From the NCBI GenBank assembly GCA_003577355.1, contig QEUZ01000001.1:1-51818 (forward strand): DNA of 51,818 bases, read 5' to 3'. The notes under the pieces are model-generated. The model ran no database searches. It was not told where the DNA came from and worked only from the letters and a program-made list of their open reading frames with translations. Positions 1-10,707 of the stretch are shown one piece after another. The translations under genes and the position numbers were made by a program. The DNA is from Chloroflexota bacterium (GTDB lineage Bacteria > Chloroflexota > Chloroflexia > Thermomicrobiales > CFX8). Positions within the stretch are counted from its first letter, which is position 1. Each line of letters opens with the position of its first letter.

Positions 1-742
1 CGGTGGCGTAGAACGGGTTCTCGAAGAGCGGTTCCGTGCGGTACAACCCGTCTTCGTAGACCAGCCCGGCCGTGGTCATGAAGCGCCAGAAGACATTGGC
101 AACCTGATGGTCCAAGCCGGGGGCCTGGACACGATAGGCAGCTGTCACCCCGAACGCGGCCAGGGCAGGGTCGTCGCTGAGCTTGCCGTCGCGGCTGATC
201 CGACGGGTGATGGTTGCGCCGTCCGAGGCAGCGGCGTCGGCGAGGTGGCCTGCGAAGCTGGCGTAGGTTGCACCGTTGGGGTCGTCAGGGTCGCCAGCGA
301 TATTTATTCCAGCTGGCGAGCGGGCCTCAAAGGTATCCGGGCCAAGCTGAATGCGTCCGGTTACCATCTCGCGCGCCAGCAAGCCGTTCGTGATGAACCA
401 GATATTGCCCGGGTTGGCGCGTGGGTCGCTGCTGACCTCCATGCGGCTCTTGTCGAAGTACTGGACGTCGCGCATCCCGCCGGGCGCATCCTGGGCCGGT
501 TCGGAAACTACGCCGGTCAGGGCCGGCCCCCACATCCAGGTGCGTGTGATCTTGCCGGCCGCGACTGGCTTGTCGGTGCGCTTCCAGGTGCGGCCCAGCG
601 CATCTCTGGCCGAAACGTCGAGCGATACGTCGGCAGCCTGCGTTGCCGGCGCAGGCAGCATCCCGACGAAGAGTACGACTGCGATACATGCCGCAGCAGT
701 CTTGCGGAGTGTTCGCGGCGCTCGCGCGGTCACACCACACAT
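1..742 (-). CDS. Secreted protein of unknown function, 5' part only (gene runs off the left edge of the window)
   Basis: Not in the ORF track because there is no stop inside the window. Hand translation of the minus strand from ATG at 742 gives MCGVTARAPRTLRKTAAACIAVVLFVGMLPAPATQAADVS... (signal-peptide-like) and stays open to position 1. Later segments (RTWMWGPA..., YFDKSRMEV...) align with the N-terminal domain of the 40683..42386 protein. Confidence 0.7.
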   Translation of the reverse strand, partial: MCGVTARAPRTLRKTAAACIAVVLFVGMLPAPATQAADVSLDVSARDALGRTWKRTDKPVAAGKITRTWMWGPALTGVVSEPAQDAPGGMRDVQYFDKSRMEVSSDPRANPGNIWFITNGLLAREMVTGRIQLGPDTFEARSPAGINIAGDPDDPNGATYASFAGHLADAAASDGATITRRISRDGKLSDDPALAAFGVTAAYRVQAPGLDHQVANVFWRFMTTAGLVYEDGLYRTEPLFENPFYAT

Positions 743-987
743 TGTGCAGACTCCCCCACGGTTCGCCCGTTGCCTGCGGCCCCCGATCCGCGGCCCCGGG
801 TGTTTGGATACGCCGATGATACGACAGAGGCTGCGTTATGGATGACGTGCAGGCCACAGAACGCTGGTCGCTTCGGCTGGTGGAGGGCATCGACAGGCAC
901 ATGGCGGCTCCAGGTTGGGAGCAGCCGGGGCCGCCGGTAGCACCCCTGGCCGGCACGCACAGCTCGGGGACGTGTGTTGGGCAAGCG

Positions 988-2409
988 CTACGGGGTGGGG
1001 CTGGCCGTTGGGGTTGGCGTGTAGATCGGCGGGGTGAAGGGGTCGGTTGCCCGCCGGGCATTGGGGTCGTCCGGCATGTTTTGGGCCAAGTTACGCAAGG
1101 CGCTCCAATCGCCAATGAAGTAGAAGCCCTCATTGATGATTTCCGCGTGCAGGAAGGGGGCGATCGTATGTGAGTAGATGTCGCTCGCGTCGATCTCCTG
1201 TCCGAGACGGGCGAGCGAAAGCACCTGGCCCGGCGACAAGTCGGTGCGCACGGCGTCGCCGATCTCTGAGATCAGCTCGGGTAGTTTCGAGATAACTCCT
1301 GTTACCAGCACGCGGTCGCGGATGGCGAGTAGCACCTGTTGCTGCCGGCGGTTGCGGTTGAAATCGCCGTCGTCGTGGCGTGTGCGCGCGTACCGCACGG
1401 CGGTCTTGCCATCCATGCGTTGCAATCCTGGCGAGAAGTAGATGCGGGTGAAGCCGTAGTCTTCGGTTGGGTACTGGTCATCTTTGAGGATGCCGGGTAC
1501 GTCGAGGGTGATCCCACCCAAGGTATCAATGACTGTTTCAAGGCCGGCGATGTCAATTTCAGCGAAGTAGTCGATGCGGATGCCGAAGTTGAGCTCGATC
1601 GTCTGCGCCGCGAGCGTCGGCCCTCCACCGGGGATGCTGGGGTTGAGCTCGCCGAACGGGTAGGCGGCATTGACTTTGGTGGCGTAATAGCCGGGGATCT
1701 CCACCAGCAGGTCGCGCGGGATCGAGAGCATATCGACCCGCTTTGCGACCGGGTCAACCCGCACGATGATGATGGTGTCGCTGCGCGGTGGGCCTTCTTC
1801 ACCAACACGCGCATCGACGCCAAGCAACAGGATGTGCACTGGCTCCTCGCCAGTCCACGGCGGGTAGGGGGTTGCCGTCGGTGGAACGGCCGTCGCAGTT
1901 GGGTCGCCGGGTTTCGTTGCGGTGGGCGGCAGCGTTGGCGTCGGTGTCGGCGTGAGGGTGCTGGTGGGCGCTGGCCCCTGAGTTGCGCTTGCCACGCCAA
2001 CTGGCGCAAGCGTTGCCGTTGCAGCCGGGGTCCCTCCTGGCAGGGAGGGAGGGGTGACGACGACTGAGTCGAAGTGCTCGCGGACCACCGGCGTCACGAA
2101 CACCTTGCGGGCAGCTTCGCGCGCCTCAATCGCAACTGGCACGGCAATGCTGAGCATCCAGGTTACGAGGGTGAGCGGCAAGGCCGCGACGATCAGCCAG
2201 GCGATCACTCGGGGGCCGCGCTGGCGTTGGACGCCTCTGAGCGGTGCTGGCACTGGGGCGCTGCGCTTGCGACGCAGTGCGAAGCGGCGCCTGGGTTGCG
2301 TCGTTTCCGGTACTGGCGAGAGGTGCAACGGGTAGGCGGGATCCGGCCGGGGCTTGTTCGGCCGGGGAAAGTTGATATCCCAGCGAGTGGGTCGAACGCG
2401 ACGTCTCAT
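988..2409 (-). CDS. LCP (LytR-CpsA-Psr) family cell-envelope polymer ligase
   Basis: Track ORF. Basic N-terminal tail, one TM segment (VIAWLIVAALPLTLVTWMLSIAV), Pro/Thr-rich linker, then LCP core motifs (ILLLGVDAR, RSDTIIIVRVDP, MLSIPRDL, VNAAYPFG, IDYFAEIDIAGLETVIDTLGGITLDV, ARTRHDDGDFNRNRRQQ). Confidence 0.9.
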   Translation of the reverse strand: MRRRVRPTRWDINFPRPNKPRPDPAYPLHLSPVPETTQPRRRFALRRKRSAPVPAPLRGVQRQRGPRVIAWLIVAALPLTLVTWMLSIAVPVAIEAREAARKVFVTPVVREHFDSVVVTPPSLPGGTPAATATLAPVGVASATQGPAPTSTLTPTPTPTLPPTATKPGDPTATAVPPTATPYPPWTGEEPVHILLLGVDARVGEEGPPRSDTIIIVRVDPVAKRVDMLSIPRDLLVEIPGYYATKVNAAYPFGELNPSIPGGGPTLAAQTIELNFGIRIDYFAEIDIAGLETVIDTLGGITLDVPGILKDDQYPTEDYGFTRIYFSPGLQRMDGKTAVRYARTRHDDGDFNRNRRQQQVLLAIRDRVLVTGVISKLPELISEIGDAVRTDLSPGQVLSLARLGQEIDASDIYSHTIAPFLHAEIINEGFYFIGDWSALRNLAQNMPDDPNARRATDPFTPPIYTPTPTASPTP

Positions 2410-2583
2410 CGGTACCGATCGCGCGCCAACTCCCGCCGCGGCAGGGCCGTGCGGCGCAACTGCGTCACTCCCTCAGGCCGTACACCCGGCCATCTCAACG
2501 GTATCATGCTGGCAGATCGAAACGGTCTCCCCACCGGAGCAGCGCCGTCCGCCATCCACAGAAGGCGGTGCGACGAGGTGCGG

Positions 2584-4215
<1,632 letters not shown>

Positions 4216-4316
4216 GACCCCTCCCGCTGCAGGTTCGCCAGCCATCCGCCAACAGCACGGTAGCATAGCCGGGTGGCGGCGAACATTGGTCGAGCGTACG
4301 CAACGCTGGCGGACGG

Positions 4317-4354
4317 TACGGCCCGTTTCGATTCTGGTTCCTGGTAACAGGAAC
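4317..4354 (-). promoter_or_regulatory. Candidate operator/promoter upstream of the D-aminoacylase gene
   Basis: GTTCCTG-gtaa-CAGGAAC inverted repeat (4337..4354) in a local AT-rich patch, with a third GGAAC a few nt away. Read on the minus strand it also gives GGAAC-N16-CGTA, an ECF-sigma-like -35/-10 arrangement. Confidence 0.3.
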
Positions 4355-4457
4355 AAAAAGGAACGAGCGGCCGCCCCGCTGGGCTACCAGGAGGAGCGCT
4401 GTACTGCCTCCGGCTGCTCAGGTTGGGGTGGCATCCTGCTTGGCCTGCGCGACGTCG

Positions 4458-5066
4458 CTAGTCCGCAGGCACAGCAGCCTGCGGGGCGCTGGCAACGATC
4501 GCGGCAAGGTCTTCCCAGAGCATCGCCAGGTAGCGTTCGCTGTGGGCGGCGCGGAATGCCTCCATATTCGCCATGACGGCAGCGAGGGTTTCCTGGGGCA
4601 TCTGCTTGTAGTTGCGGTTGATCCCCTCCAAGTGCGCGTTCTCCTGGGCGAAGCGGCGGGTCTCGGCGGCCATGTCGTCGTACATACGGGCCGGCCGCTC
4701 GATCAGCGCACCAAGCTCATTTCCTTCAGCATCGAGCAGGATAAAGACAGGGATCGGCTGGTAGCCGTCCTTGCGCAGGTAGTTGGCGGCAAGCTCGCGA
4801 TGGTTGTTGCGCAACAGGATGCGCACCTCGACGTTGTCCAACTCCTGGGTGAGCCGCATGACGGGTGGGATGAACTGGGCCGAATCACCGCAGTAGTCTT
4901 CGGTGAGGATGAGGAAGCGTAGCGGCCGGCCGCCAAATGCTTGCCGCAGCTCCGGGGTGATGATCGTCTGCGCAATGCCGTTGTCAAACTGCTCGCGCCG
5001 CTGGGTCATCTGCTCCAGATACGCTTCGATAGATAGTGCATCGTTCCAGTAGTCCGCTGCGCGCAT
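4458..5066 (-). CDS. Thioredoxin-fold family protein (single-Cys CGDS motif)
   Basis: Track ORF. FLILTEDYCGDSAQFIPPV...YQPIPVFILLDAEG pattern typical of the roughly 200-aa thioredoxin family proteins. Confidence 0.75.
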   Translation of the reverse strand: MRAADYWNDALSIEAYLEQMTQRREQFDNGIAQTIITPELRQAFGGRPLRFLILTEDYCGDSAQFIPPVMRLTQELDNVEVRILLRNNHRELAANYLRKDGYQPIPVFILLDAEGNELGALIERPARMYDDMAAETRRFAQENAHLEGINRNYKQMPQETLAAVMANMEAFRAAHSERYLAMLWEDLAAIVASAPQAAVPAD

Positions 5067-5172
5067 TAGGTTGCTCCATTCCGCTCATCTCGCCCCGCAT
5101 TGTATGACGCATGATTGCCTGGGTGCATTCCGCCGCAGCGGCTGGGCAGGCGGCAGATAGGAGGGAGAGCGC

Positions 5173-5520
5173 ATGCCTGAGCCACTACGTGTCCCTGAGT
5201 TCACGCGTGAGGTTGCCCAGGAAGCGGCGCTGGTTGCTGAAGCGCTGCCGTATCGCATGGAACGCGGCATCGACCCAGAGCGGATCGTGTGGGTCGACGT
5301 TGCTGGGCGCGAACGCATTGGCATTGCCTGGGTAGCAGGGGGGGAGATCGGGCCGCACTGGATGCTGGCACTGGCAAACGCCGACCGGAGCAAGGTGACC
5401 CGCAACCGCGTGCGTGAGGTCATCCGGCTCGTCACCGGAAAGGCTGCGCCATTCGAGCTTGCTCCGCCGTTTGACGGCGCCCCGCACATGACGATGGTGC
5501 GTGTGCCACAGATCAGCTAA
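5173..5520 (+). CDS. Hypothetical protein (115 aa)
   Basis: Track ORF. GGAGGGAG Shine-Dalgarno 6 nt upstream of the ATG. Balanced, protein-like composition. No family recognised. Confidence 0.6.
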   Translation: MPEPLRVPEFTREVAQEAALVAEALPYRMERGIDPERIVWVDVAGRERIGIAWVAGGEIGPHWMLALANADRSKVTRNRVREVIRLVTGKAAPFELAPPFDGAPHMTMVRVPQIS

Positions 5521-5606
5521 CCTGCCGCTGGAGAAACTGTGGGAAACTCACGCGATACGGCGTCTCTGACGGCATTGGACCGTGTGGGAAGTGGAGCAGC
5601 ACTGCA

Positions 5607-6569
5607 ATGGAGTATCGCAAGCTTGGCAGGACCGGGCTGAAGGTTGCCCCGATCTGCCTGGGTGGCAATGTCTTCGGATGGACGGCGGACGAGCAGGCAT
5701 CGTTCGCTGTGCTGGATGCCTATGTCGAAGCGGGTGGCAACTTCATCGACACCGCCGATGTCTACTCGCGTTGGGCGCCGGGCCACACCGGAGGTGAATC
5801 CGAGCTGGTGTTGGGCAAGTGGTTTGCGGCGCGGGGCAACCGTGACAAGGTGGTGCTGGTTACCAAGGTCGGAAGCCCGATGGGCGATGCGCCGGGTCAG
5901 CGCGGGCTCTCGCGCGGCTGGATCATGCACGCCGTCGAGCAATCGCTCCGCCGCCTGCAAACCGATTACATCGATGTCTACCTTTCGCATTATGACGACC
6001 CGGATACTCGCCCGGATGAAACGATGCGCGCCTACGACGACCTGATCCGGGCGGGAAAGGTGCGCTACGTCGGCGCATCCAACTACAGCCCGAGCCGGCT
6101 GGTCGGTGCGCTGTGGGCGAGCGACCGCAACGGCTATGCACGCTACGAGCTGCTGCAACCGCTGTACAACCTCGCGCGGCGCGAAGCCTACGAGCGCGAG
6201 CTGCAGGCGGTCTGCCGGGAACACGAGCTGGGGGTCATTACCTACTCGTCTCTCGCCAGCGGCTTCTTCTCCGGCAAGTACCGCTCGGATGCACCGCTGC
6301 CGGAGTCGGCGCGAGCTGGCGGTGTCCAGAACAACTACATGAACGCGCGTGGGTTTGCCGCGCTGGATGCGCTGCGCGAGGTGGCCGCCGGCCACAATGC
6401 GACGACCGGCCAGGTTGCGTTGGCCTGGATCCTCTCTCGGCCAGAGATCACCGCGCCGATCGCCAGCGCAACCACGGCGGACCAAGCCCGCGAGCTGGCT
6501 GGCGCGGCGGCGTTGCGGTTGACGAGCGACGAAGTCGCGCACCTGGACCAGGTGACAGACTGGCGGTAG
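5607..6569 (+). CDS. Aldo/keto reductase
   Basis: MEYRKLGRTGLKVAPICLGGNVFGW..., IDTADVYS, GKVRYVGASNY and other AKR motifs along the full length. Confidence 0.93.
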   Translation: MEYRKLGRTGLKVAPICLGGNVFGWTADEQASFAVLDAYVEAGGNFIDTADVYSRWAPGHTGGESELVLGKWFAARGNRDKVVLVTKVGSPMGDAPGQRGLSRGWIMHAVEQSLRRLQTDYIDVYLSHYDDPDTRPDETMRAYDDLIRAGKVRYVGASNYSPSRLVGALWASDRNGYARYELLQPLYNLARREAYERELQAVCREHELGVITYSSLASGFFSGKYRSDAPLPESARAGGVQNNYMNARGFAALDALREVAAGHNATTGQVALAWILSRPEITAPIASATTADQARELAGAAALRLTSDEVAHLDQVTDWR

Positions 6570-6690
6570 CGTCCAATGCACGGCACTCCCCCCTCGCCGC
6601 CACCGGCGAGGGGGAGCAATCGTTCACGCTCGGCTCTTGCTCCGGTTGGGTCCGACGGTGCCGGCGTGGCTCACACGTGAAGGCGACCAG

Positions 6691-7848
6691 ATGAGCGCAG
6701 ACCTCTCAAAGTATCCGGTGTACATCGCAGGAGTCGCTGAGTCCCCGCTGGGCGAAGTCCATGACCAGACGGAGCTCTCCATGGTTGCCCTGGCTGCCCA
6801 GGAAGCGCTGGCCGAAGCTGGCATGACCCTGCGTGACGTCGACGCCATCTTCACGAACTACATGGGTGAAGAAGGCAGCGTGCAACTTGCCGACTATCTT
6901 GGGTTACAGCCGCGCTACGCCGATTCGTCCGACATGGGCGGCGGCTCGTTCGAGGTGTTCTGCCACCATGCCATGCTGGCGCTGGCGGCTGGACGCTGCG
7001 AGGTGGCCCTCATCGGCTATGCCAGCAGGCAGCGCACCCGTCGCTCGCGCGTGATGGCCTGGCAATCGCCAGGGTTGGACCTGATCGCGCAGTTCGAGAC
7101 CCCCTACGCTGCGCCCATGCCAATCGGGCAGTTCGCACTGGTTGCGGCACGGCACATGTACCAGTATGGGACGACGCCGGAGCAGCTGGCCGAGGTTGCT
7201 GTAGCCGCGCGGCAATGGGCGCAACGCAACCCGAAGGCCTGGAAGCGGGAGCCGCTGCGTGTTGCGGATGTCCTCGAGTCGCGGATGATTTGTAGTCCGC
7301 TGCGGCGTGACGACATCTGCCTGGTGACCGATGGCGGCGGGGCGGTCGTGCTGACGACGCGCGAGCGGGCGCGGAATGCCGCCAAGCGGCCGGTTCGCGT
7401 GCTGGGGGCAGGAGAAAGCCACTTCGGCTGGTCGCTCACTGGGCGGGACGACATCACCGTTTCTGCTGGGGTCGTCTCCGGCCGCGAAGCGTTCGGCATG
7501 GCGGGCATCACTCCGGCAGATGTCGATGTCTTCCAACCCTACGACGCATTCACGATCTCCGTGCTGATCGCGTTGGAAGACCTCGGGTTCTGCGCCAAAG
7601 GTGAGAGCGGCGCGTTTGTGGAAGGCGGCGCGCTCGCGCCTGGCGGCCGCTTGCCGAGCATGACCAGTGGCGGCGGCTTGTCGTACTGCCACCCCGGCGC
7701 GCTGGGTATTCTGTTGTTGATCGAAGCAGTGCGGCAGTTGCGCGGTGAGGCGGGCGAACGCCAGGTGGAGGATGCCGAGATTGCCGTTGCCCACGGCATT
7801 GGCGGGCTCTACGCCTGTGCGGCGACTGTGGTGCTTGCGCGGGACTGA
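6691..7848 (+). CDS. Thiolase-like protein (SCP-x / lipid-transfer type thiolase family)
   Basis: Start set at ATG 6691 (MSADLSKYPVYIAGVAESP...) after GAAGG. Thiolase-like N- and C-terminal halves (..GGGLSYCHPGALG.., AVAHGIGG). No DUF35/OB-fold partner gene is adjacent. Confidence 0.85.
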   Translation: MSADLSKYPVYIAGVAESPLGEVHDQTELSMVALAAQEALAEAGMTLRDVDAIFTNYMGEEGSVQLADYLGLQPRYADSSDMGGGSFEVFCHHAMLALAAGRCEVALIGYASRQRTRRSRVMAWQSPGLDLIAQFETPYAAPMPIGQFALVAARHMYQYGTTPEQLAEVAVAARQWAQRNPKAWKREPLRVADVLESRMICSPLRRDDICLVTDGGGAVVLTTRERARNAAKRPVRVLGAGESHFGWSLTGRDDITVSAGVVSGREAFGMAGITPADVDVFQPYDAFTISVLIALEDLGFCAKGESGAFVEGGALAPGGRLPSMTSGGGLSYCHPGALGILLLIEAVRQLRGEAGERQVEDAEIAVAHGIGGLYACAATVVLARD

Positions 7849-8131
7849 CGTGGCGGCGTCAGCGCCAGGGTGCGAGCAGCCGAAACGTGGCCCTTCCTGG
7901 GCGTGTAGCGGCCGTCGCTGGTGATCTGCAATGTCCGGGCAAGGAACAGGCGCTGTAACTGGCCAAGCATAGGGTGCGCCCCCGGCACAGCGTAGACCGA
8001 CGGCGTGACCCGTTGCGCCGTTGACAAGCATTGACTCGATCCGGCGGGGTTGACATCTCGTTCCCCGCGCGGTGCGGGGGTACATGTATGCTGTCGCAAG
8101 TGGGCCACAGTTGGCGTGAGAGGGGCGGGCG

Positions 8132-9538
8132 ATGGACGCAGATGATCTGTGCTACCTGTCGGCGATCGAGTTGCTGGCCAAGTACCGAGGTGGTGACGTT
8201 TCTCCAGTAGAAGTTACCGACGCGGTCCTGGAGCGCATTGCGCGGCTCGACCCGCAGATCAACGCCTTCGTCACCCTCACTGCTGAGCGTGCCCGCGCCG
8301 ATGCGCTGGCTGCCGAGGCGGCGTACCGCTCCGGCGACGCCGTGGGGGCACTTTCCGGCGTCCCGATTTCGATCAAGGACCTCACCCCGACCAAGGGCAT
8401 CCCCACGAAGATGGGTTCATTGCTCTACAGCGACAACGTGCCGGATTTCGACCCGCCGTTTGTGGAGCGCGTGTACGCCGCAGGTGCGGTGATGCTCGGC
8501 AAGACGACCACGCCGGAGTTCGGCTGGAAGGGCGAATCCAGCAATCGGGTAAATGGCCCCACGCATAATCCCTGGAAGCACGGCCTCACGGCTGGTGGTT
8601 CCAGTGGGGGCGCCGCTGCAGCTGTGGCAGCCGGCTTCGGCCCGCTGGCGCAGGGCAGCGACGGCGCAGGCTCGATCCGTATCCCGGCCGGATTCTGCGG
8701 GGTGTTCGGGTTGAAGCCGTCGTTCGGGCTTGTCACCTACTATCCCCCCAGCCCGATGGAAGTGCTCTCGCATCTCGGCCCGCTGACCCGCACGGTGCGT
8801 GATGCAGCGCTGCTGCTGAATGTCACCGTCGGTCAGGACCCGCGTGACCGCAACTCGTTCGACACCGGCATCGACTACCTCGCCGCGTGCGATGGCGATG
8901 CCGCAGGGTTGCGGGTGGCCTGGTCGTCTGACTTGGGCTACGCGCCGGTGGACCCTGAGGTGCGCGCGATCACGACGGCGGCCGTGCACCGGTTGAGCGA
9001 CCTGGGTTGGCACGTCGAAGAAGCTCACCCGGACGCCGACGACCCGTGGGACATCGTTGACACGCTCTGGGCAGCCGGCCAGGCCAACCGTCACCGCGAG
9101 AACTTTGCCCAGGTGCGGGACCGCATCGACCCCGGCCGTATCCCAATCATCGAGCGCGGCATGTCGCTCAGGGCAGTCGATGTGATGGATGCCCTCGCGC
9201 GGCGACACGACTACTACGACCGCGTGCGTGTGTTCATGGAACGTTACGACCTGTTCGTCACACCCCAGCTGCCGGTCACGGCGTTCCCGGTTGGGCACGA
9301 CCACCCCGGTACGGTTGACGGCCACCCGACGACGTATCTGGGCTGGACAGCCTTCACCTATCCGTTCAACCTGACCGGGCACCCCGCCGCGACCATCCCG
9401 GTCGGGTTCGCGTCCAACGGCTTGCCGGTCTGCCTGCAGTTTGTCGGCAAGTGGCGCGCCGACGCGACCGTCCTACGTGCTGCCGCCGCGTTTGAAGCCG
9501 CGTTCCCCTGGGCAGACAAGCGCCCGCCGTTGGGGTAG
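8132..9538 (+). CDS. Amidase (amidase-signature family)
   Basis: GVPISIKDL and the GGSSGGAAAAVAAG amidase signature. RBS GAGAGGGG upstream. Confidence 0.93.
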   Translation: MDADDLCYLSAIELLAKYRGGDVSPVEVTDAVLERIARLDPQINAFVTLTAERARADALAAEAAYRSGDAVGALSGVPISIKDLTPTKGIPTKMGSLLYSDNVPDFDPPFVERVYAAGAVMLGKTTTPEFGWKGESSNRVNGPTHNPWKHGLTAGGSSGGAAAAVAAGFGPLAQGSDGAGSIRIPAGFCGVFGLKPSFGLVTYYPPSPMEVLSHLGPLTRTVRDAALLLNVTVGQDPRDRNSFDTGIDYLAACDGDAAGLRVAWSSDLGYAPVDPEVRAITTAAVHRLSDLGWHVEEAHPDADDPWDIVDTLWAAGQANRHRENFAQVRDRIDPGRIPIIERGMSLRAVDVMDALARRHDYYDRVRVFMERYDLFVTPQLPVTAFPVGHDHPGTVDGHPTTYLGWTAFTYPFNLTGHPAATIPVGFASNGLPVCLQFVGKWRADATVLRAAAAFEAAFPWADKRPPLG

Positions 9539-9546
9539 AAGATGTG

Positions 9547-10101
9547 CTACGCAAGTACTGCCATCACGTGTTCAACGAATCTCGGAGCTGATCTGCGGAG
9601 ATTGGCAAGCACGTCGTACACACTCAGCGGCGGGTCCGTCAGGTCAGCAGCCTGTTCTCGGAGAATCGTCAACATCAGGTCGGGCGAGAGTGTCATCAGG
9701 CGTACGAGAAATGCATCGATGCTCGCTACTTCGATGCCGAAGTCGGCCCGTGATGATGCTGGGAAGTCTTTGTCATTTTCTGTGACGATAAGATCCACCC
9801 GGGCATGGACTGCCGCAGCGAGGACATGACGATCTCCCTCATGGTTCGTCATCGAATCGATGATGTTGTCAAATCCGGAAACCAGCGCTTCTGGGAAATA
9901 TCGGCGCATTTGCCGGCACAGCGTCGCAGCCGCCTCCGGTGAGGCGAGGTGCTGTTCAACGAGATTCGACTCAACTTCTAGAAGGATGCGATCGCTCCAG
10001 GTGACACGAAAGAGACCTGCGTCGGCAGCGCGCAGCAGCGTGTCCCTGGGTGCTGCAGGGATCAGCACGTTTGCGTCGAGGAGCGCTACAAGCGCCGCCA
10101 T
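9547..10101 (-). CDS. PIN-domain ribonuclease, type II toxin candidate
   Basis: LLDANVLIPA..., DRHVLAAAVHARVDLIVTENDKDF acidic PIN motifs. Sits 3 nt downstream of the HTH gene. Local drop in GC. Confidence 0.85.
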   Translation of the reverse strand: MAALVALLDANVLIPAAPRDTLLRAADAGLFRVTWSDRILLEVESNLVEQHLASPEAAATLCRQMRRYFPEALVSGFDNIIDSMTNHEGDRHVLAAAVHARVDLIVTENDKDFPASSRADFGIEVASIDAFLVRLMTLSPDLMLTILREQAADLTDPPLSVYDVLANLRRSAPRFVEHVMAVLA

Positions 10102-10104
10102 CTC

Positions 10105-10569
10105 CTACTGTTGTTCTTGCCGCTCGTCGTACATCCCAAGTTGTTGACTCAACGCGGTCAACTCGCGCAGCCCGATCCTTCGCTCTTCGTCGCGGCGCCG
10201 TTTGTACGCCAAAATGTCCTCAAGGCGAATACGGCGATGAGTACCGACGCGCCGGTACGGTATCCGTTCCCGATCAAGAAGCTGAACGAGATAGGGTCTG
10301 GATACATTGAGGAGGTCTGCCGCTTGCTGGGATGTCAATTCCTTGTTTGTGGGCGAGATGCAGACTGGCTCGTCGTTCGCCAGGAGCTGAACGATATGCC
10401 GCAACAGCAGGTAGAGCGTCTCCGGTATTTCGATTTCCTCGCCGGATGGGGTAACGAATCGAGCCGGAGCATTTGACCTGCAATTGAGCAGCCGTTCCAA
10501 TTGAACGTAGGTAGATCGCTCGTTCTCATCAGTTTCTCGTGGACCACTCAGGGTCGTGAATCTTGACAT
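10105..10569 (-). CDS. MerR/excisionase-type helix-turn-helix protein, antitoxin candidate
   Basis: LTSQQAADLLNVSRPYLVQLLDRERIPYRRVGTHRRIRLEDILAYKRRR. Start placed at the second ATG (10569), which has GGGAGAA 6 nt upstream. The track ORF starts at 10584. Confidence 0.8.
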   Translation of the reverse strand: MSRFTTLSGPRETDENERSTYVQLERLLNCRSNAPARFVTPSGEEIEIPETLYLLLRHIVQLLANDEPVCISPTNKELTSQQAADLLNVSRPYLVQLLDRERIPYRRVGTHRRIRLEDILAYKRRRDEERRIGLRELTALSQQLGMYDERQEQQ

Positions 10570-10610
10570 CAATGGTTCTCCCATGTGGATCCAGCCACCG
10601 CTCTCAGCGC

Positions 10611-10638
10611 ATCATAGCACAATTCGAAATAATCGAAA
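10611..10638 (-). promoter_or_regulatory. Extended -10 promoter plus tandem TTTCGA repeats upstream of the TA pair
   Basis: The minus strand reads cgTTTCGAttaTTTCGAattgTGcTATGATgcg. TGnTATGAT is an extended -10 about 40 nt upstream of the antitoxin start. The direct repeat is a candidate autoregulation site. Confidence 0.45.
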
Positions 10639-10707
10639 CGCACCCTCCGGACGTCGTCAGCGGGCGGGTCGATGAGTTACATCCAGCACTGACCAAGATC
10701 AGCTTGT

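Noticed and set aside
107-1133. Track ORFs 107..940(+), 327..1133(-), 351..845(+) and 730..984(-)
   Set aside because: The translations are Arg/Pro/Ala/Gly-rich, as expected from off-frame reading of GC-rich coding DNA. They overlap the better-supported minus-strand gene 1..742, which has a signal peptide and a paralog in the window.
8021-8078. Three TTGAC(A/T) hexamers (8021, 8031, 8050) and a CCCCGC-gcggt-GCGGGG hairpin upstream of the amidase gene
   Set aside because: None of the hexamers has a -10-like element at 16-19 nt, so no promoter can be supported. They may be a binding-site cluster, but the evidence is too thin.
5517-8085. Long minus-strand ORFs 5517..6581 (354 aa) and 6904..8085 (393 aa), antisense to the aldo/keto reductase and thiolase-like genes
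   Set aside because: Arg-rich shadow ORFs. The sense strands carry clear family motifs.
7849-8131. Search for a DUF35/OB-fold partner gene of the thiolase-like protein
   Set aside because: The 283-nt gap is too short and every frame is interrupted by stops or junk. No remnant could be recognised.
8417-9382. 321-aa minus-strand ORF antisense to the amidase gene
   Set aside because: Same reasoning: a GC-driven open frame with no motifs.
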